Shown: positions 30,754 to 39,350 of the stretch, piece by piece
Layout: every line of letters begins with the position of its first letter
Numbering within the stretch: the stretch's first letter is position 1
Origin: an uncultured Patescibacteria group bacterium
GTDB taxonomy: Bacteria > Patescibacteriota > Microgenomatia > UBA10105 > UBA927
Length of the DNA stretch: 64,000 nt
Direction of reading: 5' to 3'
Assembly (NCBI GenBank): GCA_937921305.1
Contig: CAKZSU010000006.1
Span: 70,646 to 134,645, forward strand
Translations under genes and position numbers: made by a program
The notes under the pieces: generated by a model
Seen by the model: the letters and a program-made list of their open reading frames with translations, nothing else
The model's database searches: none
Told to the model about the DNA's origin: nothing

Positions 30754-31998
30754 TTATCGTTTGATTTCTGCTTTGCCGACCAATCCTCGCAACACCTCGG
30801 GAATCACGATCGATCCATCAGCTTGTTGATAGTTTTCCAAAAGAGGAATAAGAATTCTGGGAGACGCAACCGCGGTATTGTTTAGCGTGTGAGCATACCG
30901 AATCGATCCATCGTTTGCTCTGTATCGAATATTTAATCGTCTTGCTTGAAACTCTCCCATGACCGAGTTTGACATTGTTTCTCCATATGTGTTTCTTCCC
31001 GGCATCCATGTCTCTATATCGTATTTCTTCACTTGCGGTTCACCCATATCGCCAGTGCACATCAAAAGTACTCGATAGGGGAGACCTAAATCTTGAAGAA
31101 TTTCTTCTGAATTCCGCAACAGTTCCTCATGAAGTTCAAATGATGTACTCATATCGTTTTTTGAAAAAATAACTTGTTCAATCTTGTTGAATTGGTGCAA
31201 TCGATACAATCCTTTTGTTTCCTTTCCATAACTTCCGGCTTCTCTTCGAAAACACGTAGAAAACGCGACGAATTTTTTGGGTAAATCTTCTTCTCGCAAT
31301 ACTTCATCCGCAAAATACGCTGTCACGGGAACTTCTGCCGTCCCAGCGAGATACTGATCATACTTGTCAAAATGATACACTTCCTCTCTTCCCCACGGAA
31401 ATTGTCCATTCCCGATCAGAGTGAATTCTTTTACGATTGACGGAGTAATAATCGGCGTATATCCTTTCGCAACCAATTTCTGAAACGCGTGCCATAATAC
31501 TGCAAACTCAAGTAACGCCGCTTCATTTTTCAAAAAATACCCCCGAAATCCTCCAACCTTTGCTCCTCGTTCAAAGTCCACAAGATCCAATCGCTTTGTG
31601 AGTTCAATATGATCTAATGGCTGAAAATCAAATGAACGCGGCTCTCCCCATGTTTTTATCACGATATTTCCTCGTTCATCGTCTCCTATAGGAACGCTTG
31701 CGTCTGGAATATTTGGAACAGTAAGAAGTAATTGACGAATCTCTTCTTCAACAAAGCGAAGACGATCTTCTTTCTCTTTTATTAATTCTTTAATCATTCT
31801 TCCTTTTTGTCTCGCGTCTTCTGTCCGCAATGTTGAAAGCGTATTTCGTTCTGCCCTCAGCCTGTCAACTTCTCTTTGAAGCATTCTTCGCTGATCGTCC
31901 AACGCGATCAATCGATCCCAATCAACATTCCGCCGTTTGTGCTTTGCAGCTTGTTTGCATAGGTCAAGATTATTTCTAATAAAGTGAATATCTAACAT
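30754..31998 (-). CDS. serS: Serine--tRNA ligase
   Basis: 'MLDIHFIR', 'GTAEVP', 'FRREAGSYGK', 'HQFNKIEQ', 'HTLNNTA'. Confidence 0.97.
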   Translation of the reverse strand: MLDIHFIRNNLDLCKQAAKHKRRNVDWDRLIALDDQRRMLQREVDRLRAERNTLSTLRTEDARQKGRMIKELIKEKEDRLRFVEEEIRQLLLTVPNIPDASVPIGDDERGNIVIKTWGEPRSFDFQPLDHIELTKRLDLVDFERGAKVGGFRGYFLKNEAALLEFAVLWHAFQKLVAKGYTPIITPSIVKEFTLIGNGQFPWGREEVYHFDKYDQYLAGTAEVPVTAYFADEVLREEDLPKKFVAFSTCFRREAGSYGKETKGLYRLHQFNKIEQVIFSKNDMSTSFELHEELLRNSEEILQDLGLPYRVLLMCTGDMGEPQVKKYDIETWMPGRNTYGETMSNSVMGEFQARRLNIRYRANDGSIRYAHTLNNTAVASPRILIPLLENYQQADGSIVIPEVLRGLVGKAEIKR

Positions 31999-32606
31999 AG
32001 TTGCTCTACAAGAATTGGCTTCATCTTCTCAATCGCTTTTCTCCTGTGATTATACCGCTCATTCTCTTCGTCTGTCATCACAGAATGATCATAATACTTT
32101 TGTATCTCGGGAATATAGAAGACAGATCGAAAAGGAAAACCAGGTGTCCTATGCGAACCTTCCTGTTCAGCTATAATCCCTCGTTGCACACCTTCAACGG
32201 TAAATATCCGACCGTCGGGAAGAACAAGCGCCAAGACCAATCGCATCTGCGCCCCGCGCTGCTCGAGAGGAACACCTCGCATTCTTTGAAACACTTCTTG
32301 GATCAACACTTCATCATCATCATCGCGTGTTTTACTTACCCATCGATGTGAATCAACTCCTGGCTCTCCGCCCAACGCGTCTATTTCAATGCCTCCGTCA
32401 TCGGCAAGTGACGGCAATCCACTTAGTCCATAGTAAAATCTCGCTTTTGCAATGGCATTTTCTTCGAATGTTCTCCCATCTTCAGGAGCTTGCTCAACGA
32501 TTCCCAACGCGTCAAGCGTCGCAAACTGCAATGGAATGCCATCTAAAAATTTTTGGAGCTCCGCTATTTTCGCTGGATTTCTTGTGGCGATAAGCAAGGT
32601 GTTCAT
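31992..32606 (-). CDS. rdgB: Non-canonical purine NTP pyrophosphatase (Ham1/RdgB family)
   Basis: 'ATRNPAKIAE', 'TFEENAIAKA', 'ADDGGIEIDALGGEPGV', 'NHRRKA'. Confidence 0.88.
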   Translation of the reverse strand: MNTLLIATRNPAKIAELQKFLDGIPLQFATLDALGIVEQAPEDGRTFEENAIAKARFYYGLSGLPSLADDGGIEIDALGGEPGVDSHRWVSKTRDDDDEVLIQEVFQRMRGVPLEQRGAQMRLVLALVLPDGRIFTVEGVQRGIIAEQEGSHRTPGFPFRSVFYIPEIQKYYDHSVMTDEENERYNHRRKAIEKMKPILVEQLC

Positions 32607-33151
32607 TGAGAAAAATAGTGATCAAAGATGCGTTGTATATCCTCAACGTTGTACACGAATTGATACAGATCTGTCAAGGGATCTGTGATAAACCCATCTT
32701 TTTGCATATCTTCAAACACATGAGAAAGTTTTTTGTAAAAATCGCCAACAAAAAGAAGTGGCGTCTCTGGATCAATTTCATGAAACTTTTTTCGTTGCGT
32801 AATTTGCAACGCCTCAACGATTGTTCCTAGTCCACCAGGAAGAACAATAAATGCATCGCCAAAACTTAATAATCGATCATTGCGTTCATCAAAACGTGTA
32901 TGAATTTCATGATAGGTAAAGTAATCAAGGATAATTTCCTCGGCTCGATGCTGAATGCAAATGCCCCATGACGCGCCGCCATGCTCTTTCGCCGCTTTAT
33001 TCACTTCTCTCATCATGCCCGGACCGCCACCAGTAATCGTAATATATCTATGCATCGCGAGGAATGTTCCAATCTTGTAAGCAAGGGATGGATATGGTTC
33101 AGGCGCGCTCGCGCCGCCAAACACAACAATTTTCTTTCCTTGAGAAGTCAT
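32603..33151 (-). CDS. LOG-family nucleotide phosphoribohydrolase
   Basis: 'ITGGGPGMM', 'LPGGLGTIVE' (PGGxGTxxE); likely start ATG 33151. Confidence 0.85.
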   Translation of the reverse strand: MTSQGKKIVVFGGASAPEPYPSLAYKIGTFLAMHRYITITGGGPGMMREVNKAAKEHGGASWGICIQHRAEEIILDYFTYHEIHTRFDERNDRLLSFGDAFIVLPGGLGTIVEALQITQRKKFHEIDPETPLLFVGDFYKKLSHVFEDMQKDGFITDPLTDLYQFVYNVEDIQRIFDHYFSQ

Positions 33152-33191
33152 AGCGTGAAGTGTACAACGAAACAAAAAAGAAATAAACCTT

Positions 33192-33548
33192 TTTTGTCAT
33201 CATGCCTCTTTAGATCCTTAATCAAGCCCATAATGACAAAAGAGTTAATGTCTACCTATTTTTCATTCTAAATTCAATTCATTTCAGCATCTTGCAGAAA
33301 TTTGAGGAAGCATTGGTTTCTCTTTAAAAAGTCATCAGATCCTGAAACAGGTTTACGATGATATGGAAGACTGGATTTAGTAAAGCCATGTCTTACGATC
33401 AGAAATCTAGAAAAAGTCAAAATAACAGAGAAAGCGATATATATCTATCTGCTCTTACTATGCTTAACTTGACTCAATATCTTACAGAGACTGGAAGAGC
33501 ATCAATTTCTCGATACTTCTTAGATCCTAAACCAAGTTTAGAATGACA
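33192..33548. repeat. Cluster of degenerate ~27-bp palindromic REP-like repeats arranged as inverted pairs
   Basis: Copies resembling AGATCCTGAAxCAAGTTCAGxATGACA at 33212-33238, 33337-33363 and 33522-33548, and reverse copies at 33261-33292 and 33456-33482, with similar spacers. Confidence 0.6.
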
Positions 33549-33633
33549 GAAGGAAGTTGTGACTGACAGGATGTAAGAAGTTCAAAATGATAAGAAAATA
33601 TATTCAAACTCCAAAAATGGAGAGTGAAAGTTG

Positions 33634-35751
33634 TCACAGTACCAATTCTTTTGCGTTTTGCTGCATCGCGGTCAACACAATAGAAATAAATTCAGGCAAA
33701 GGAATGCCAAGTTTTTCCTCGCACTGCTCAATTTGCTCTCGAACCACTCCTCGAGCAAATTCTTTACTTTTCCATTTCTTCATCACAGACTCAACAGTAA
33801 CAGACGCTAATGTTTTTTCCGGGCGAACAAGAGCCACCGCAACAATAAATCCTGTCAATTCATCGCATGTTTCCAATGCCCACTCCATGATGCCATCAAT
33901 TTCGGCAAGATGCGTTAATTTCCGATTGTGCGATTGCAACGCGCGAACTAACGGACCATCGCTTATCCCTTTTTCTTTCAGCCAATCAATCGTTTTTATC
34001 GTATGAAGTTCTGGTGTATCTTTGGTTTCCTCCCAATCAGCGTCATGAAGAATCCCCAACACTTCCCATAAGTCAGGGTTTCCTCCAAGTTTCTCCGCCA
34101 ACGCGCGCATCGCGTATCCGACTGCATAGCAATGGCGTCGAAGGTTTTCATTTTTCATATGGCGATAAAGAATCTCGATCGCTTCTTCTCTGCTTAATAG
34201 CGATGATGAACATTGAGAAGTCGAATCAGAAGGATGAGATGTTACACTTTTCGAGATGCCATACAGCTTTCGTGTTTCTTCAGAGATATGATATCGAAGA
34301 TGAGGAAATAATGTACCCTCTCGAGCAGTTACACCTTCAAGAAACCAAAACACTCGTTCACTCTGCCCATACCCAGATGTCGGCGGCATGCCATATTCCA
34401 ACATTTCAACGAAATCAATGTCTAACATTTGCGCTTCATCATCGCCTTGATCTCGAGCCTCTTGCTGTTCTTTGAATCGCTCAAGCTGATCGAGAGGATC
34501 ATTCAATTCCGTATAGCCGTTTCCTAATTCGCTTCCTGCGATAATCACATGAAAGCGTTCGGTAATATTCGGATTCTCAGGGCTCACTTTTGCCAACGGA
34601 GAAAGAAATGTTGGCTCATTGACCAAAAATGCTGGTCCGGAAATCGTCTTTCGAATCACTTTCCACAAATTATCAATAATTCTATTTTTATTCACCGCTC
34701 CCTCAAGTTGAACCCCTTCACGCTTCAATGCTTGAATCATCTTCTTTTCGGAATCGGAAAAAATATCAATACCGCACCGTTCTTTAATTATTGACGCATA
34801 ATCAATTTCCTTCCACTCATCAGCGAGATCAAAGGTATGACCATTTTTTTGAAACCGCGTTGTCCCCCACACCTCCATAGCGACTGTTCGAAACAAATTC
34901 TGCACAAGTCTCATATTATCTCGATAATCCGCGTATGCCCAATACCATTCCACCTGATAGTACTCAGGAAGATGCTCATCGCTGATTCCTTCGTTTCTGA
35001 AATTTGGACCGAAGGTAAAAATTTTTTCAAATCCTCCGCCGATCAATCGTTTTTGATATAACTCCGTAGAAATCCGAAGATAAAAATTTTGCCCCAACGC
35101 ATTCATATATGTTGTAAATGGACGCGCTTCTGCGCCTCCTGTCACATGCTCCAAAACCGGCGTTTCGACTTCAATAAATCCATGATTCCGCAAAAATAAT
35201 CGAATAGATTCCCAAAATTTCGATTTTCTTTTAAATATGTCTCGACGTTCTGGATTGATCGCGAGATCAACATATCGCCGTCTGAAAATAAGCTCCGGAT
35301 CTTTCAATCCTTCATGCTTGTCTGGAAGCGGACGAAGAGACTTTGTTAATAGTCGCAATTCATGAACAAGAAGAGAGATTTCTCCAGCAGTTGTTTTTGT
35401 GACTTCTCCATGCGCTTCTACAAAATCTCCTATATCTAACAATGACAAATCAGAAAATCCAATCGTTTGCTTTGCTTTGTTTGTTTGATGAAGTTTATCT
35501 GCTTTGATAAAGAGTTGAATCGTTCCTGATTCATCCTGAAGATCGGCAAACATGATTTTCCCATGTTCTCGGAACGCCATAACCCGACCGGCAAGCGAGA
35601 CCATCGTTCCTTGAAGCGCAGAAAAATTTTCAAGGACATCGCCATTCTGAATCTCTTTTTTCGCTCGAGGAGGATAAGGATTAATCCCCATTTTGCGAAG
35701 TTTTGCAAGTTTTTGCAGTCGGATATCTCGAAGTTCAACAAGTGTTGGCAT
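33634..35751 (-). CDS. lysS: Class II lysine--tRNA ligase with a C-terminal HD-domain hydrolase fusion
   Basis: OB-fold anticodon domain, 'FIEVETP', 'LRISTELY.KRL', 'FRNEG', 'ELGNGYTELNDP', 'YGMPPTSG'; then about 185 aa with H..HD..H..H..D. Confidence 0.92.
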   Translation of the reverse strand: MPTLVELRDIRLQKLAKLRKMGINPYPPRAKKEIQNGDVLENFSALQGTMVSLAGRVMAFREHGKIMFADLQDESGTIQLFIKADKLHQTNKAKQTIGFSDLSLLDIGDFVEAHGEVTKTTAGEISLLVHELRLLTKSLRPLPDKHEGLKDPELIFRRRYVDLAINPERRDIFKRKSKFWESIRLFLRNHGFIEVETPVLEHVTGGAEARPFTTYMNALGQNFYLRISTELYQKRLIGGGFEKIFTFGPNFRNEGISDEHLPEYYQVEWYWAYADYRDNMRLVQNLFRTVAMEVWGTTRFQKNGHTFDLADEWKEIDYASIIKERCGIDIFSDSEKKMIQALKREGVQLEGAVNKNRIIDNLWKVIRKTISGPAFLVNEPTFLSPLAKVSPENPNITERFHVIIAGSELGNGYTELNDPLDQLERFKEQQEARDQGDDEAQMLDIDFVEMLEYGMPPTSGYGQSERVFWFLEGVTAREGTLFPHLRYHISEETRKLYGISKSVTSHPSDSTSQCSSSLLSREEAIEILYRHMKNENLRRHCYAVGYAMRALAEKLGGNPDLWEVLGILHDADWEETKDTPELHTIKTIDWLKEKGISDGPLVRALQSHNRKLTHLAEIDGIMEWALETCDELTGFIVAVALVRPEKTLASVTVESVMKKWKSKEFARGVVREQIEQCEEKLGIPLPEFISIVLTAMQQNAKELVL

Positions 35752-35785
35752 AAGCAGAAAATAAATAAGAGTATATATTGTACTC

Positions 35786-36253
35786 TTATTCTATCGCGAT
35801 AATTTCATATTTAATCTTCCCTGCGGGAGCGTCTACTTCCACTTCTTCTCCAACAGACTTTCCAATCAACGCTTTGCCAAGAGGCGATTCGTGGGAAATT
35901 TTCTTTTGGGATGGATCAGCCTCCCACTCGCCCACCACAGTAAATACTTCCTTTCTTCCGCGAATGTGTACGGTCACCTTGCTTCCTACGCTGACATTTC
36001 TCCGAGAATGAGAAGTAACGATTTTTGCGCTATTTAGTATCTCTTCAAGTTCAGCGATGCGACCATCCATAAATGCTAAATCTTGCTTTGCCGCCGCATA
36101 TTCACTATTCTCAGATAGATCGCCAAGATCTCGCGCTTCAGATAATCGTTGGACCGCTTGCGGTCTTTTTACATTGACCAGCTCTTCATATTCCTTCTTT
36201 AACTCTTCCAATCCTTCTTTTGTTAAAACAACTTGATGATGTTGTGTGTCCAT
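35786..36253 (-). CDS. greA: Transcription elongation factor GreA
   Basis: 'GDLSENSEYAAAK', 'ISHESPLGKALIGK', 'APAG'; SD AAGGAG. Confidence 0.95.
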   Translation of the reverse strand: MDTQHHQVVLTKEGLEELKKEYEELVNVKRPQAVQRLSEARDLGDLSENSEYAAAKQDLAFMDGRIAELEEILNSAKIVTSHSRRNVSVGSKVTVHIRGRKEVFTVVGEWEADPSQKKISHESPLGKALIGKSVGEEVEVDAPAGKIKYEIIAIE

Positions 36254-36264
36254 ACAAACTCCTT

Positions 36265-36295
36265 AAAAAATCTCCCCGCATAGCACATTGGGGAG
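36265..36295 (-). terminator. Intrinsic terminator inside the greA 5' leader
   Basis: Minus strand CTCCCC-N12-GGGGAG-ATTTTTT between the promoter and the SD. Confidence 0.6.
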
Positions 36296-36339
36296 CGCTT
36301 TTTGCTCAAATCGAGCAGAATATAAATTCCAACAGCGTC

Positions 36340-36368
36340 ATAGTAAATGACTTGGCTTGTGATGTCAA
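36340..36368 (-). promoter_or_regulatory. greA promoter TTGACA-N17-TACTAT
   Basis: tgtcaa at 36363-36368 and atagta at 36340-36345 on the plus strand. Confidence 0.7.
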
Positions 36369-36415
36369 TACCAAATTGGTATACTTGTCAAAGCGCTAAA
36401 AAGCAAGTATTTTTT

Positions 36416-36489
36416 GCCCCCATCGTCTAGCGGCCTAGGACGACACGTTCTCAACGTGTAGATCGCCGGTTCGAATCCGGCTGGGGGTA
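36416..36489 (+). tRNA. tRNA-Glu (anticodon CTC), CCA not encoded
   Basis: Acceptor GCCCCCA/TGGGGGT, D-arm 'GTCTAGCGGCCTAGGAC', anticodon arm ACACG-TTCTCAA-CGTGT, T-arm GCCGG-TTCGAAT-CCGGC. Confidence 0.95.
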
Positions 36490-36493
36490 CTTC

Positions 36494-37618
36494 ATGTTAC
36501 GCAGTATCGTTAGTGTTTTAATTCTATTTTCCGCATTTCTATCCTTCCCATTAACACTTCTTCATGCCCAACACTCACTCCCGAAACAAGAAACGCTGGA
36601 GGTGGTCGTGACAAAAATAGTGAAAGAAAAAAAGCTTCATATCGATAATCGAACGAATATTCAACAGATCATCGAAGCGCGTGTAATAAAAGGATCAATA
36701 CAAGGGAAAACCATTGTGATTGGCAACGAGGACATGCCGCTTGTCAATCAACGACGATACGAAGTGGGAGACCGACTGTTAGTTTCAGCGACAAAAAACG
36801 GAAACAATACCGATTCCTTCTTTGTTCTTGACTATGTGCGACGAGATATATTGCTTCTTCTTTTTGGCATTTTTCTTCTTGCAACGCTTCTTATAGGTAA
36901 AAAACACGGCGCCAGATCGCTTCTTGGCATGATATACTCATTTTTCATCATCTTCTCCTTTATTCTCCCACAAATAGCCAATGGAGCACCCCCTGTTTTT
37001 GTTGCCATTATTGGATCGCTTCTCATCGCTCCTGTGACATTTTACATCTCTCATGGATTCAATAAAAAAACAACCATCGCATTCTGTTCAACAATGATAT
37101 CTATCGTGATTACCGGAGTGTTGGCAGCGATTGTTCTTGACATTGGGAAATTCTCAGGATTTTCGTCAGAGGAAGCAGGATTCATTGAGAGTATGCGACC
37201 AGGGAAAATTCACATACAAGGATTGTTGCTCGCTGGCATCATCATTAGTGTCATTGGTATTCTTGATGATGTCACGGTCTCTCAAGCGGCAATCGTCTAT
37301 GAATTACAAGAACATGCCAAACATCTTTCCCCAAAAGAGCTTTATAGAAATGCGATGAATGTCGGAAAAGACCATATCGCGTCTGTTGTCAACACACTTA
37401 TTCTTGTATATACTGGAGCATCTCTTCCTCTGCTTCTCTTATTTCTCGACGCTTCCCTTCCATTCTCCGAATTAATAAATTACGAAATCATCGCCGAAGA
37501 AATTGTAAAAACCCTCGTGTCAAGCATAGGATTGATTATTGCCGTTCCTATTACCACGCTCTTAGCGTCATATTTTGCGTCAACATCTTCTTTTAAAGAA
37601 AGAACATATATTACATAG
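36494..37618 (+). CDS. YibE/F family membrane protein
   Basis: 'DYVR', multiple TM helices, 'GLLLAGIII..IGILDDVTVSQA', 'GKDHIASVVNTLILVYTG', 'EEIV.TL..SIG'. Confidence 0.85.
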   Translation: MLRSIVSVLILFSAFLSFPLTLLHAQHSLPKQETLEVVVTKIVKEKKLHIDNRTNIQQIIEARVIKGSIQGKTIVIGNEDMPLVNQRRYEVGDRLLVSATKNGNNTDSFFVLDYVRRDILLLLFGIFLLATLLIGKKHGARSLLGMIYSFFIIFSFILPQIANGAPPVFVAIIGSLLIAPVTFYISHGFNKKTTIAFCSTMISIVITGVLAAIVLDIGKFSGFSSEEAGFIESMRPGKIHIQGLLLAGIIISVIGILDDVTVSQAAIVYELQEHAKHLSPKELYRNAMNVGKDHIASVVNTLILVYTGASLPLLLLFLDASLPFSELINYEIIAEEIVKTLVSSIGLIIAVPITTLLASYFASTSSFKERTYIT

Positions 37619-38234
37619 ATAACACAACAAGCGATCGAGGCTTTGACTCGCCTGGAAGGGTATAAGGTATTCGATTGGCGTATTCAATATGAGCCATACG
37701 AATTTCTTCTATTGCTTTCTCACCTTTCATAGCGATTGCAACGCCGCCATGCCTTACAAACGGCAAGAGATATGGAAGAAGCCGAGGAAGTGGCGCGACA
37801 GCTCGAGCGACTGCCACATCAAATGCGCCTTGGTACTTATGATGATTCACAAGAACTTCTGCTCGATTATGAATAATATGGACAGAATCAAGCCCAAGAA
37901 TAGCAACGACATGCTGACAAAATTGAATTTTCTTTCCGACAGAATCAACCAATTTTACCTGAAGATGAGGAAAACAAATCCCCAAAACAATCCCAGGGAA
38001 TCCAGCTCCTGTCCCAATATCAATGACTTCTCTATATGAATCTTTGAACGCAAGAACACAGGCCATGGAATCAAGCATGTGTTTGATGATAATATCTTGC
38101 GGAGTATTGATCGCGGTAAGATTTATTCGCTGATTCCATTCAAGTAAAATATCTTTATATGTAAGGATCTTTTGAACCTGATCATCCGTGAGATCAATGC
38201 CAAATAATTGTTTTGCTTCGAATTGGATGTCCAT
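37611..38234 (-). CDS. rsmG: 16S rRNA m7G527 methyltransferase RsmG (GidB)
   Basis: 'WNQRINLTAI', 'KHMLDS', 'DIGTGAGFPG', 'RAE', 'ARAVA'; likely start ATG 38234. Confidence 0.93.
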   Translation of the reverse strand: MDIQFEAKQLFGIDLTDDQVQKILTYKDILLEWNQRINLTAINTPQDIIIKHMLDSMACVLAFKDSYREVIDIGTGAGFPGIVLGICFPHLQVKLVDSVGKKIQFCQHVVAILGLDSVHIIHNRAEVLVNHHKYQGAFDVAVARAVAPLPRLLPYLLPFVRHGGVAIAMKGEKAIEEIRMAHIEYANRIPYTLPGESKPRSLVVLSM

Positions 38235-38375
38235 ATAACATAAGCTCATCATACATAAAAAAATGAAAATGGGATACCGTGTGAAATTTCTTGAAGAAGA
38301 AAAAATATGTATGAAATAGTTTAGTAAAAATCAAACCACGTGAGATAACTATATATTGTGTAATATAAGTTCTGT

Positions 38376-39335
38376 ATGCGCATTTACTCATACAAAAAAC
38401 AACCACTCCGAAGATATTATTCCCTTCGGAAATATATCAGCGTCTTTAGTATTATAGGATCAATTACCTTGTTTTTTATACTTGTGAACATATTCCAATC
38501 GAACACGGTCATATCTCCTGTTCCTGTGTCTGCTCAATATATTCAATCACTGCCAAAAACCAATAAAACAAAACCAATGAAAAACCCGAATGAATTAAAA
38601 CAGCAAATTTTGAATGAATTAAATTCATCGATTCCAGAATACTCTCTCCTTGTCGAAGATTTTCTTTCTCCTTTTCGATTGGAAATGGGAAGTGCTTCAT
38701 CCTATATCGGCGCTTCGGTTCATAAACTTGCAATTATGGTTGCTATCTATCACGCGGTAGAAAAAGAGGAAATTACGCTTGACCAACTTGTTCTATTCAC
38801 AGAAACAAGCAGACAGGATTACGGAACAGGAACATTACGCTATCAACCATCTGGAAAAACATATACCGTTCAAGAACTTCTTGAATTCATGATAAAAAAA
38901 AGCGATAACACCGCGGCATATCTCCTCACTCACGATGTGTTAACAATGCGAGATATTCAAGCGACAATCAACGCATTCGGATTAACAGAAACATCGATGT
39001 CGGAAAACACCACAACCAATGCCGACATGGCGATATTGCTTAGAAAATTGTTTGCCGGACAATTGTTTAACGCGTCTCTCACAAGAAACGCAATCTCGCT
39101 TCTCATAAACAGCGACTTCGAAGATAGATTGCCAGCACTGCTTCCGAACAACGCTCGGGTATACCATAAAATTGGAACAACCATTGCTGGTCTCCATGAT
39201 GTTGGCGTCGTCATTACGGAAAATTCGATCTATTACATCGGCATCTTCACACGAGGTGTTTCAGATGAAGATCGCGCAACAAAAACAATAGCAAAAATAT
39301 CTCGAGCGGTATATGATTTTATGAAAGAAGAATAA
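38376..39335 (+). CDS. Class A beta-lactamase-like serine hydrolase (PBP-like), membrane anchored
   Basis: SxxK 'ASVHK', 'SDN', 'HKIG'; short omega loop without an obvious Glu166. Confidence 0.8.
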   Translation: MRIYSYKKQPLRRYYSLRKYISVFSIIGSITLFFILVNIFQSNTVISPVPVSAQYIQSLPKTNKTKPMKNPNELKQQILNELNSSIPEYSLLVEDFLSPFRLEMGSASSYIGASVHKLAIMVAIYHAVEKEEITLDQLVLFTETSRQDYGTGTLRYQPSGKTYTVQELLEFMIKKSDNTAAYLLTHDVLTMRDIQATINAFGLTETSMSENTTTNADMAILLRKLFAGQLFNASLTRNAISLLINSDFEDRLPALLPNNARVYHKIGTTIAGLHDVGVVITENSIYYIGIFTRGVSDEDRATKTIAKISRAVYDFMKEE

Positions 39336-39350
39336 AATAATCGTGTAGTT

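Noticed and set aside
32603-33151. LOG protein as a cytokinin-producing or SLOG anti-phage defence gene
   Set aside because: Context is housekeeping (rdgB, serS) with no TIR, effector or isopentenyltransferase neighbour; a nucleotide salvage role is simpler
33358-33546. 62-aa plus-strand ORF in the LOG-lysS gap
   Set aside because: It runs through the degenerate palindromic repeats and has no recognisable motif or start signal; likely spurious
36416-37618. tRNA-Glu as an integration site for a genomic island
   Set aside because: No integrase and no duplicated tRNA 3' end seen in the window; flanking genes look like core genes
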